Of a stretch of DNA of 64,000 bases, positions 1-12,233 are shown one piece after another (the stretch's first letter is position 1; each line of letters starts with the position of its first letter). The notes below the pieces were generated by a model. The model was not told where the DNA came from. It was given only the letters and a program-made list of their open reading frames with translations, and made no database searches. The DNA lies in assembly GCA_964057225.1 (NCBI GenBank), contig OZ059894.1, positions 4,712,001 to 4,776,000 of the forward strand, written 5' to 3'. Origin of the DNA: Auanema rhodensis (taxonomy: Eukaryota; Animalia; Nematoda). Made by a program: the position numbers and the translations under genes.

Positions 1-172
1 TGTGTTATCAGATTTGCGCTAGCTTAAAAATGCACCGAGATATCAACTGATACAAGTTCACACTTATATCCTCGATTTTCACCCTGAAGAAATAATTTTT
101 TCGTTGAATAACATTGTCCATCGTCTTTGCCTTGAAAAAAGGATTCTACAAACATCTACTTTTTGCTAAATT

Positions 173-207
173 ATTTTGAAATTTTTCGAAAAAATTTTTG
201 TCAAAAT
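173..207. other. Imperfect A/T-tract palindrome (monomer positions 173-207)
   Basis: Outer arms attttga/tcaaaat; inner perfect palindromes tttttcgaaaaa (182-193) and aaaaattttt (190-199). Confidence 0.85.
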
Positions 208-220
208 GTTTTTGGAAGCA

Positions 221-248
221 ATGTTGAGTGTACATGGAAACTCAACAT
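221..248. other. Perfect 9-bp stem, 10-nt loop hairpin (monomer positions 221-248)
   Basis: atgttgagt-gtacatggaa-actcaacat. Confidence 0.9.
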
Positions 249-331
249 ACACTAATGCATCATTTTTCAAACGATCATAACTAATTTTTGTATTAAGCGT
301 TTTTCAATGTAGTATAGTGCATTCGATGCGG

Positions 332-382
332 ATTTTTAAGCTGCGTCGATCTGTGTTATCAGATTTGCGCTAGCTTAAAAAT
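332..382. other. Inverted repeat / potential hairpin or cruciform across the monomer junction (repeated at each junction)
   Basis: atttttaagct (332-342) is the exact reverse complement of agcttaaaaat (372-382). Inner pairings are gcg/cgc and atctg/cagat around a tgttat loop. Confidence 0.9.
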
Positions 383-399
383 GCACCGAGATATCAACT

Positions 400-421
400 G
401 ATATAAGTTCACACTTATATC
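400..421. other. Perfect 9-bp stem, 4-nt loop hairpin (monomer positions 49-70)
   Basis: gatataagt-tcac-acttatatc. It overlaps an alternative dyad atatca-ac-tgatat (monomer 40-53) and is flanked by cgag/ctcg. Confidence 0.9.
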
Positions 422-3400
422 CTCGATTTTCACCCTGAAGAATTAATTTTTTCGTTGAATAACATTGTCTATCGTCTTTGCCTTGAGAAATGGAATCTAA
501 AAACATCTACTTTTTGCTAAATTATTTTGAAATTTTTCGAAAAAATTTTTGTCAAAATGTTTTTGGAAGCAATGTTGAGTGTACATGGAAACTCAACATA
601 CACTAATGCATCATTTTTCAAACGATCATAACTAATTTTTGTATTAAGCGTTTCTCAATGTAGTATAGTGCATTCGATCCGGATTTTTAAGCTGCGTCGA
701 TCTGTGTTATCAGATTAGCGCTAGCTTAAAAATGCACCGAGATATCAACTGATATAAGTTCACACTTATATCCTCGATTTTCACCCTGAAGAATTAATTT
801 TTTCGTTGAATAACAATGTCTATCGTCTTTGCCTTGAGAAATGGAATCTAAAAACATCTACTTTTTGCTAAATTATTTTGAAATTTTTCGAAAAAATTTT
901 TGTCAAAATGTTTTTGGAAGCAATGTTGAGTGTACATGGAAACTCAACATACACTAATGCATCATTTTTCAAACGATCATAACTAATTTTTGTATCAAGC
1001 GTTTTTCAATGTAGTATAGTGCATTCGATCCGGATTTTTAAGCTGCGTCGATCTGTGTTATCAGATTAGCGCTAGCTTAAAAATGCACCGAGATATCAAC
1101 TGATATAAGTTCACACTTATATCCTCGATTTTCACCCTGAAGAATTAATTTTTTCGTTGAATAACAATGTCTATCGTCTTTGCCTTGAGAAATGGAATCT
1201 AAAAACATCTACTTTTTGCTAAATTATTTTGAAATTTTTCGAAAAAATTTTTGTCAAAATGTTTTTGGAAGCAATGTTGAGTGTACATGGAAACTCAACA
1301 TACACTAATGCATCATTTTTCAAACGATCATAACTAATTTTTGTATCAAGCGTTTTTCAATGTAGTATAGTGCATTCGATCCGGATTTTTAAGCTGCGTC
1401 GATCTGTGTTATCAGATTAGCGCTAGCTTAAAAATGCACCGAGATATCAACTGATATAAGTTCACACTTATATCCTCGATTTTCACCCTGAAGAATTAAT
1501 TTTTTCGTTGAATAACAATGTCTATCGTCTTTGCCTTGAGAAATGGAATCTAAAAACATCTACTTTTTGCTAAATTATTTTGAAATTTTTCGAAAAAATT
1601 TTTGTCAAAATGTTTTTGGAAGCAATGTTGAGTGTACATGGAAACTCAACATACACTAATGCATCATTTTTCAAACGATCATAACTAATTTTTGTATCAA
1701 GCGTTTTTCAATGTAGTATAGTGCATTCGATCCGGATTTTTAAGCTGCGTCGATCTGTGTTATCAGATTAGCGCTAGCTTAAAAATGCACCGAGATATCA
1801 ACTGATATAAGTTCACACTTATATCCTCGATTTTCACCCTGAAGAATTAATTTTTTCGTTGAATAACAATGTCTATCGTCTTTGCCTTGAGAAATGGAAT
1901 TTAAAAACATCTACTTTTTGCTAAATTATTTTGAAATTTTTCGAAAAAATTTTTGTCAAAATGTTTTTGGAAGCAATGTTGAGTGTACATGGAAACTCAA
2001 CATACACTAATGCATCATTTTTCAAACGATCATAACTAATTTTTGTATCAAGCGTTTTTCAATGTAGTATAGTGCATTCGATCCGGATTTTTAAGCTGCG
2101 TCGATCTGTGTTATCAGATTAGCGCTAGCTTAAAAATGCACCGAGATATCAACTGATATAAGTTCACACTTATATCCTCGATTTTCACCCTGAAGAATTA
2201 ATTTTTTCGTTGAATAACAATGTCTATCGTCTTTGCCTTGAGAAATGGAATCTAAAAACATCTACTTTTTGCTAAATTATTTTGAAATTTTTCGAAAAAA
2301 TTTTTGTCAAAATGTTTTTGGAAGCAATGTTGAGTGTACATGGAAACTCAACATACACTAATGCATCATTTTTCAAACGATCATAACTAATTTTTGTATC
2401 AAGCGTTTTTCAATGTAGTATAGTGCATTCGATGCGGATTTTTAAGCTGCGTCGATCTGTGTTATCAGATTTGCGCTAGCTTAAAAATGCACCGAGATAT
2501 CAACTGATACAAGTTCACACTTATATCCTCGATTTTCACCCTGAAGAAATAATTTTTTCGTTGAATAACATTGTCCATCGTCTTTGCCTTGAAAAAAGGA
2601 TTCTACAAACATCTACTTTTTGCTAAATTATTTTGAAATTTTTCGAAAAAATCTTTGTCAAAATGTTTTTGGAAGCAATGTTGAGTGTACATGGAAACTC
2701 AACATACACTAATGCATCATTTTTCAAACGATCATAACTAATTTTTGTATTAAGCGTTTTTCAATGTAGTATAGTGCATTCGATGCGGATTTTTAAGCTG
2801 CGTCGATCTGTGTTATCAGATTTGCGCTAGCTTAAAAATGCACCGAGATATCAACTGATATAAGTTCACACTTATATCCTCGATTTTCATCCTGAAGAAT
2901 TAATTTTTTCGTTGAATAACATTGTCCATCGTCTTTGCCTTGAAAAATCGAATCTAAAAACATCTACTTTTCGCTAAATTATTTTGAAATTTTTCGAAAA
3001 AATTTTTGTCAAAATGTTTTTGGAAGCAATGTTGAGTGTACATGGAAACTCAACATACACTAATGCATCATTTTTCAAACGATCATAACTAATTTTTGTA
3101 TCAAGCGTTTTTCAATGTAGTATAGTGCATTCGATGCGGATTTTTAAGCTGCGTCGATCTGTGTTATCAGATTTGCGCTAGCTTAAAAATGCACCGAGAT
3201 ATCAACTGATATAAGTTCACACTTATATCCTCGATTTTCACCCTGAAGAATTAATTTTCTCGTTGAATAACATTGTCCATCGTCTTTGCCTTGAAAAAAG
3301 GAATCTAAAAACATCTACTTTTTGCTAAATTATTTTGAAATTTTCCGAAAAAATTGTTGTCAAAATGTTTTTGGAAGCAATGTTGAGTGTACATGGAAAC

Positions 3401-6400
3401 TCAACATACACTAATGCATCATTTTTCAAACGATCATAACTAATTTTTGTATTAAGCGTTTCTCAATGTAGTATAGTGCATTCGATCCGGATTTTTAAGC
3501 TGCGTCGATCTGTGTTATCAGATTTGCGCTAGCTTAAAAATGCACCGAGATATCAACTGATATAAGTTCACACTTATATCCTCGATTTTCACCCTGAAGA
3601 ATTAATTTTTTCGTTGAATAACATTGTCTATCGTCTTTGCCTTGAGAAATGGAATCTAAAAACATCTACTTTTTGCTAAATTATTTTGAAATTTTTCGAA
3701 AAAATTTTTGTCAAAATGTTTTTGGAAGCAATGTTGAGTGTACATGGAAACTCAACATACACTAATGCATCATTTTTCAAACGATCATAACTAATTTTTG
3801 TATCAAGCGTTTTTCAATGTAGTATAGTGCATTCGATGCGGATTTTTAAGCTGCGTCGATCTGTGTTATCAGATTTGCGCTAGCTTAAAAATGCACCGAG
3901 ATATCAACTGATATAAGTTCACACTTATATCCTCGATTTTCACCCTGAAGAAATAATTTTTTCGTTGAATAACATTGTCCATCGTCTTTGCCTTGAAAAA
4001 AGGATTCTACAAACATCTACTTTTTGCTAAATTATTTTGAAATTTTTTGAAAAAATTTTTGTCAAAATGTTTTTGGAAGCAATGTTGAGTGTACATGGAA
4101 ACTCAACATACACTAATGCATCATTTTTCAAACGATCATAACTAATTTTTGTATTAAGCGTTTTTCAATGTAGTATAGTGCATTCGATGCGGATTTTTAA
4201 GCTGCGTCGATCTGTGTTATCAGATTTGCGCTAGCTTAAAAATGCACCGAGATATCAACTGATATAAGTTCACACTTATATCCTCGATTTTCATCCTGAA
4301 GAATTAATTTTTTCGTTGAATAACATTGTCCATCGTCTTTGCCTTGAAAAATCGAATCTAAAAACATCTACTTTTCGCTAAATTATTTTGAAATTTTTCG
4401 AAAAAATTTTTGTCAAAATGTTTTTGGAAGCAATGTTGAGTGTACATGGAAACTCAACATACACTAATGCATCATTTTTCAAACGATCATAACTAATTTT
4501 TGTATCAAGCGTTTTTCAATGTAGTATAGTGCATTCGATGCGGATTTTTAAGCTGCGTCGATCTGTGTTATCAGATTTGCGCTAGCTTAAAAATGCACCG
4601 AGATATCAACTGATATAAGTTCACACTTATATCCTCGATTTTCACCCTGAAGAATTAATTTTCTCGTTGAATAACATTGTCCATCGTCTTTGCCTTGAAA
4701 AAAGGAATCTAAAAACATCTACTTTTTGCTAAATTATTTTGAAATTTTCCGAAAAAATTGTTGTCAAAATGTTTTTGGAAGCAATGTTGAGTGTACATGG
4801 AAACTCAACATACACTAATGCATCATTTTTCAAACGATCATAACTAATTTTTGTATTAAGCGTTTCTCAATGTAGTATAGTGCATTCGATCCGGATTTTT
4901 AAGCTGCGTCGATCTGTGTTATCAGATTTGCGCTAGCTTAAAAATGCACCGAGATATCAACTGATATAAGTTCACACTTATATCCTCGATTTTCACCCTG
5001 AAGAATTAATTTTTTCGTTGAATAACATTGTCTATCGTCTTTGCCTTGAGAAATGGAATCTAAAAACATCTACTTTTTGCTAAATTATTTTGAAATTTTT
5101 CGAAAAAATTTTTGTCAAAATGTTTTTGGAAGCAATGTTGAGTGTACATGGAAACTCAACATACACTAATGCATCATTTTTCAAACGATCATAACTAATT
5201 TTTGTATTAAGCGTTTCTCAATGTAGTATAGTGCATTCGATCCGGATTTTTAAGCTGCGTCGATCTGTGTTATCAGATTAGAGCTAGCTTAAAAATGCAC
5301 CGAGATATCAACTGATATAAGTTCACACTTATATCCTCGATTTTCACCCTGAAGAATTAATTTTTTCGTTGAATAACAATGTCTATCGTCTTTGCCTTGA
5401 GAAATGGAATCTAAAAACATCTACTTTTTGCTAAATTATTTTGAAATTTTTCGAAAAAATTTTTGTCAAAATGTTTTTGGAAGCAATGTTGAGTGTACAT
5501 GGAAACTCAACATACACTAATGCATCATTTTTCAAACGATCATAACTAATTTTTGTATCAAGCGTTTCTTAATGTAGTATAGTGCATTCGATCCGGATTT
5601 TTAAGCTGCGTCGATCTGTGTTATCAGATTTGCGCTAGCTTAAAAATGCACCGAGATATCAACTGATATAAGTTCACACTTATATCCTCGATTTTCACCC
5701 TGAAGAAATAATTTTTTCGTTGAATAACATCGTCCATCGTCTTTGCCTTGAAAAAAGGAATCTAAAAACATCTACTTTTTGCTAAATTATTTTGAAATTT
5801 TTCGAAAAAATTTTTGTCAAAATGTTTTTGGAAGCAATGTTGAGTGTACATGGAAACTCAACATACACTAATGCATCATTTTTCAAACGATCATAACTAA
5901 TTTTTGTATTAAGCGTTTCTCAATGTAGTATAGTGCATTCGATGCGGATTTTTAAGCTGCGTCGATCTGTGTTATCAGATTTGCGCTAGCTTAAAAATGC
6001 ACCGAGATATCAACTGATATAAGTTCACACTTATATCCTCGATTTTCACCCTGAAGAATTATTTTTTTCGTTGAATAACATTGTCTATCGTCTTTGCCTT
6101 GAGAAATGGAATCTAGAAACATCTACTTTTTGCTAAATTATTTTGAAATTTTTCGAAAAAATTTTTGTCAAAATGTTTTTGGAAGCAATGTTGAGTGTAC
6201 ATGGAAACTCAACATACACTAATGCATCATTTTTCAAACGATCATAACTAATTTTTGTATCAAGCGTTTTTCAATGTAGTATAGTGCATTCGATGCGGAT
6301 TTTTAAGCTGCGTCGATCTGTGTTATCAGATTTGCGCTAGCTTAAAAATGCACCGAGATATCAACTGATACAAGTTCACACTTATATCCTCGATTTTCAC

Positions 6401-9400
6401 CCTGAAGAAATAATTTTTTCGTTGAATAACATTGTCCATCGTCTTTGCCTTGAAAAAAGGATTCTACAAACATCTACTTTTTGCTAAATTATTTTGAAAT
6501 TTTTCGAAAAAATTTTTGTCAAAATGTTTTTGGAAGCAATGTTGAGTGTACATGGAAACTCAACATACACTAATGCATCATTTTTCAAACGATCATAACT
6601 AATTTTTGTATTAAGCGTTTTTCAATGTAGTATAGTGCATTCGATGCGGATTTTTAAGCTGCGTCGATCTGTGTTATCAGATTTGCGCTAGCTTAAAAAT
6701 GCACCGAGATATCAACTGATATAAGTTCACACTTATATCCTCGATTTTCATCCTGAAGAATTAATTTTTTCGTTGAATAACATTGTCCATCGTCTTTGCC
6801 TTGAAAAATCGAATCTAAAAACATCTACTTTTCGCTAAATTATTTTGAAATTTTTCGAAAAAATTTTTGTCAAAATGTTTTTGGAAGCAATGTTGAGTGT
6901 ACATGGAAACTCAACATACACTAATGCATCATTTTTCAAACGATCATAACTAATTTTTGTATCAAGCGTTTTTCAATGTAGTATAGTGCATTCGATGCGG
7001 ATTTTTAAGCTGCGTCGATCTGTGTTATCAGATTAGCGCTAGCTTAAAAATGCACCGAGATATCAACTGATATAAGTTCACACTTATATCCTCGATTTTC
7101 ACCCTGAAGAATTAATTTTTTCGTTGAATAACAATGTCTATCGTCTTTGCCTTGAGAAATGGAATCTAAAAACATCTACTTTTTGCTAAATTATTTTGAA
7201 ATTTTTCGAAAAAATTTTTGTCAAAATGTTTTTGGAAGCAATGTTGAGTGTACATGGAAACTCAACATACACTAATGCATCATTTTTCAAACGATCATAA
7301 CTAATTTTTGTATCAAGCGTTTCTTAATGTGGTATAGTGCATTCGATCCGGATTTTTAAGCTGCGTTGATCTGTGTTATCAGATTTGCGCTAGCTTAAAA
7401 ATGCACCGAGATATCAACTGATATAAGTTCACACTTATATCCTCGATTTTCACCCTGAAGAATTAATTTTTTCGTTGAATAACATTGTCTATCGTCTTTG
7501 CCTTGAGAAATGGAATCTAAAAACACCTACTTTTTGCTAAATTATTTTGAAATTTTTCGAAAAAATTTTTGTCAAAATGTTTTTGGAAGCAATGTTGAGT
7601 GTACATGGAAACTCAACATACACTAATGCATCATTTTTCAAACGATCATAACTAATTTTTGTATTAAGCGTTTCTCAATGTAGTATAGTGCATTCGATCC
7701 GGATTTTTAAGCTGCGTCGATCTGTGTTATCAGATTAGCGCTAGCTTAAAAATGCACCGAGATATCAACTGATATAAGTTCACACTTATATCCTCGATTT
7801 TCACCCTGAAGAATTAATTTTTTCGTTGAATAACAATGTCTATCGTCTTTGCCTTGAGAAATGGAATCTAAAAACATCTACTTTTTGCTAAATTATTTTG
7901 AAATTTTTCGAAAAAATTTTTGTCAAAATGTTTTTGGAAGCAATGTTGAGTGTACATGGAAACTCAACATACACTAATGCATCATTTTTCAAACGATCAT
8001 AACTAATTTTTGTATCAAGCGTTTCTTAATGTGGTATAGTGCATTCGATCCGGATTTTTAAGCTGCGTCGATCTGTGTTATCAGATTTGCGCTAGCTTAA
8101 AAATGCACCGAGATATCAACTGATATAAGTTCACACTTATATCCTCGATTTTCACCCTGAAGAAATAATTTTTTCGTTGAATAACATCGTCCATCGTCTT
8201 TGCCTTGAAAAAAGGAATCTAAAAACATCTACTTTTTGCTAAATTATTTTGAAATTTTTCGAAAAAATTTTTGTCAAAATGTTTTTGGAAGCAATGTTGA
8301 GTGTACATGGAAACTCAACATACACTAATGCATCATTTTTCAAACGATCATAACTAATTTTTGTATTAAGCGTTTCTCAATGTAGTATAGTGCATTCGAT
8401 GCGGATTTTTAAGCTGCGTCGATCTGTGTTATCAGATTTGCGCTAGCTTAAAAATGCACCGAGATATCAACTGATATAAGTTCACACTTATATCCTCGAT
8501 TTTCACCCTGAAGAATCATTTTTTTCGTTGAATAACATTGTCTATCGTCTTTGCCTTGAGAAATGGAATCTAGAAACATCTACTTTTTGCTAAATTATTT
8601 TGAAATTTTTCGAAAAAATTTTTGTCAAAATGTTTTTGGAAGCAATGTTGAGTGTACATGGAAACTCAACATACACTAATGCATCATTTTTCAAACGATC
8701 ATAACTAATTTTTGTATCAAGCGTTTTTCAATGTAGTATAGTGCATTCGATGCGGATTTTTAAGCTGCGTCGATCTGTGTTATCAGATTTGCGCTAGCTT
8801 AAAAATGCACCGAGATATCAACTGATACAAGTTCACACTTATATCCTCGATTTTCACCCTGAAGAAATAATTTTTTCGTTGAATAACATTGTCCATCGTC
8901 TTTGCCTTGAAAAAAGGATTCTACAAACATCTACTTTTTGCTAAATTATTTTGAAATTTTTCGAAAAAATTTTTGTCAAAATGTTTTTGGAAGCAATGTT
9001 GAGTGTACATGGAAACTCAACATACACTAATGCATCATTTTTCAAACGATCATAACTAATTTTTGTATTAAGCGTTTTTCAATGTAGTATAGTGCATTCG
9101 ATGCGGATTTTTAAGCTGCGTCGATCTGTGTTATCAGATTTGCGCTAGCTTAAAAATGCACCGAGATATCAACTGATATAAGTTCACACTTATATCCTCG
9201 ATTTTCATCCTGAAGAATTAATTTTTTCGTTGAATAACATTGTCCATCGTCTTTGCCTTGAAAAATCGAATCTAAAAACATCTACTTTTCGCTAAATTAT
9301 TTTGAAATTTTTCGAAAAAATTTTTGTCAAAATGTTTTTGGAAGCAATGTTGAGTGTACATGGAAACTCAACATACACTAATGCATCATTTTTCAAACGA

Positions 9401-11583
9401 TCATAACTAATTTTTGTATCAAGCGTTTCTTAATGTGGTATAGTGCATTCGATCCGGATTTTTAAGCTGCGTCGATCTGTGTTATCAGATTTGCGCTAGC
9501 TTAAAAATGCACCGAGATATCAACTGATATAAGTTCACACTTATATCCTCGATTTTCACCCTGAAGAAATAATTTTTTCGTTGAATAACATCGTCCATCG
9601 TCTTTGCCTTGAAAAAAGGAATCTAAAAACATCTACTTTTTGCTAAATTATTTTGAAATTTTTCGAAAAAATTTTTGTCAAAATGTTTTTGGAAGCAATG
9701 TTGAGTGTACATGGAAACTCAACATACACTAATGCATCATTTTTCAAACGATCATAACTAATTTTTGTATCAAGCGTTTTTCAATGTAGTATAGTGCATT
9801 CGATGCGGATTTTTAAGCTGCGTCGATCTGTGTTATCAGATTTGCGCTAGCTTAAAAATGCACCGAGATATCAACTGATACAAGTTCACACTTATATCCT
9901 CGATTTTCACCCTGAAGAAATAATTTTTTCGTTGAATAACATTGTCCATCGTCTTTGCCTTGAAAAAAGGATTCTACAAACATCTACTTTTTGCTAAATT
10001 ATTTTGAAATTTTTCGAAAAAATTTTTGTCAAAATGTTTTTGGAAGCAATGTTGAGTGTACATGGAAACTCAACATACACTAATGCATCATTTTTCAAAC
10101 GATCATAACTAATTTTTGTATTAAGCGTTTTTCAATGTAGTATAGTGCATTCGATGCGGATTTTTAAGCTGCGTCGATCTGTGTTATCAGATTTGCGCTA
10201 GCTTAAAAATGCACCGAGATATCAACTGATATAAGTTCACACTTATATCCTCGATTTTCATCCTGAAGAATTAATTTTTTCGTTGAATAACATTGTCCAT
10301 CGTCTTTGCCTTGAAAAATCGAATCTAAAAACATCTACTTTTCGCTAAATTATTTTGAAATTTTTCGAAAAAATTTTTGTCAAAATGTTTTTGGAAGCAA
10401 TGTTGAGTGTACATGGAAACTCAACATACACTAATGCATCATTTTTCAAACGATCATAACTAATTTTTGTATCAAGCGTTTTTCAATGTAGTATAGTGCA
10501 TTCGATGCGGATTTTTAAGCTGCGTCGATCTGTGTTATCAGATTTGCGCTAGCTTAAAAATGCACCGAGATATCAACTGATACAAGTTCACACTTATATC
10601 CTCGATTTTCACCCTGAAGAAATAATTTTTTCGTTGAATAACATTGTCCATCGTCTTTGCCTTGAAAAAAGGATTCTACAAACATCTACTTTTTGCTAAA
10701 TTATTTTGAAATTTTTCGAAAAAATTTTTGTCAAAATGTTTTTGGAAGCAATGTTGAGTGTACATGGAAACTCAACATACACTAATGCATCATTTTTCAA
10801 ACGATCATAACTAATTTTTGTATTAAGCGTTTTTCAATGTAGTTAAGTGCATTCGATGCGGATTTTTAAGCTGCGTCGATCTGTGTTATCAGATTTGCGC
10901 TAGCTTAAAAATGCACCGAGATATCAACTGATATAAGTTCACACTTATATCCTCGATTTTCACCCTGAAGAAATAATTTTTTCGTTGAATAACATCGTCC
11001 ATCGTCTTTGCCTTGAAAAAAGGAATCTAAAAACATCTACTTTTTGCTAAATTATTCTGAAATTTTTCGAAAAAATTTTTGTCAAAATGTTTTTGGAAGC
11101 AATGTTGAGTGTACATGGAAACTCAACATACACTAATGCATCATTTTTCAAACGATCATAACTAATTTTTGTATTAAGCGTTTCTCAATGTAGTATAGTG
11201 CATTCGATGCGGATTTTTAAGCTGCGTCGATCTGTGTTATCAGATTTGCGCTAGCTTAAAAATGCACCGAGATATCAACTGATATAAGTTCACACTTATA
11301 TCCTCGATTTTCACCCTGAAGAATTATTTTTTTCGTTGAATAACATTGTCTATCGTCTTTGCCTTGAGAAATGGAATCTAGAAACATCTACTTTTTGCTA
11401 AATTATTTTGAAATTTTTCGAAAAAATTTTTGTCAAAATGTTTTTGGAAGCAATGTTGAGTGTACATGGAAACTCAACATACACTAATGCATCATTTTTC
11501 AAACGATCATAACTAATTTTTGTATCAAGCGTTTCTCAATGTAGTATAGTGCATTCGATGCGGATTTTTAAGCTGCGTCGATC

Positions 11584-12233
11584 TGTGTTATCAGATTTGC
11601 GCTAGCTTAAAAATGCACCGAGATATCAACTGATATAATTTCACACTTATATCCTCGATTTTCACCCTGAAGAAATAATTTTTTCGTTGAATAACATTGT
11701 CCATCGTCTTTGCCTTGAAAAAAGGAATCTAAAAACATCTACTTTTTGCTAAATTATTTTGAAATTTTTTGGAAGCAATGTTGAGTGTACATGGAAACTC
11801 AACATACACTAATGCATCATTTTTCAAACGATCATAACTAATTTTTGTATCAAGCGTTTCTCAATGTAGTATAGTGCATTCGATGCGGATTTTTAAGCTG
11901 CGTCGATCTGTGTTATCAGATTTGCGCTAGCTTAAAAATGCACCGAGATATCAACTGATATAAGTTCACACTTATATCCTCGATTTTCACCCTGAAGAAA
12001 TAATTTTTTCGTTGAATAACATTGTCCATCGTCTTTGCCTTGAAAAAAGGAATCTAAAAACATCTACTTTTTGCTAAATTATTTTGAAATTTTTTGGAAG
12101 CAATGTTGAGTGTACATGGAAACTCAACATACACTAATGCATCATTTTTCAAACGATCATAACTAATTTTTGTATCAAGCGTTTCTCAATGTAGTATAGT
12201 GCATTCGATCCGGATTTTTAAGCTGCGTCGATC
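11584..12233. repeat. Two tandem 325-bp deletion monomers
   Basis: Starts at 11584, 11909 and 12234; the junction reads ttttgaaattttttggaagc (about 11761 and 12086). Confidence 0.95.

Larger units (their letters stand above)
1..351. repeat. Representative monomer (351 bp, ~110 G+C, 12 CpG, many A4-6/T4-6 tracts)
   Basis: Read directly; the next copy begins at 352. The phase is arbitrary and set by the window start. Confidence 0.99.
1..11583. repeat. Domain 1: 33 monomers, all exactly 351 bp, with domain-restricted variants
   Basis: gatacaag, ggattctaca, gattagcgct, acaatgt, tctaga, atgtggt and ttttccgaaa variants were seen only here; no length variants. Confidence 0.85.

Noticed and set aside
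99-115. CENP-B box-like tttcgttgaataacatt
   Set aside because: It matches only the TTCG....A half of NTTCGNNNNANNCGGGN; the essential CGGG is absent.
84-200. Hammerhead ribozyme, as known from some animal satellites: CTGAAGA (84-90) matches CUGANGA, with GAAA at 178-181 followed by a possible stem and AUU
   Set aside because: The putative stem II (90-98/168-176) is out of register by two bases and lacks the usual G-C closing pair, and stem I cannot form (tcacc versus tttgt). An Infernal search with the Rfam hammerhead models or an in vitro cleavage assay would settle it.
1-351. Repeat-protein ORF, since 351 is divisible by 3
   Set aside because: All six frames have stops in the first 50 bp of the monomer: + strand taa 25-27, tag 20-22, tga 48-50; - strand from cta 19-21, tta 5-7, tta 24-26. 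Frequent 350-bp copies would also frameshift.
1-351. Tandem 5S rRNA, tRNA, snRNA or spliced-leader gene cluster
   Set aside because: I recognise no conserved RNA gene sequence or Pol III box A/B/C on either strand. An Rfam or tRNAscan search was not run and would be the formal test.
1-351. Assignment to a named satellite of similar length (Drosophila 359-bp/1.688, tenebrionid ~360-bp) or a MITE-derived origin
   Set aside because: Only length and AT-richness are similar. I recognise no sequence identity, and see no terminal inverted repeats with target-site duplications. A database search is needed.
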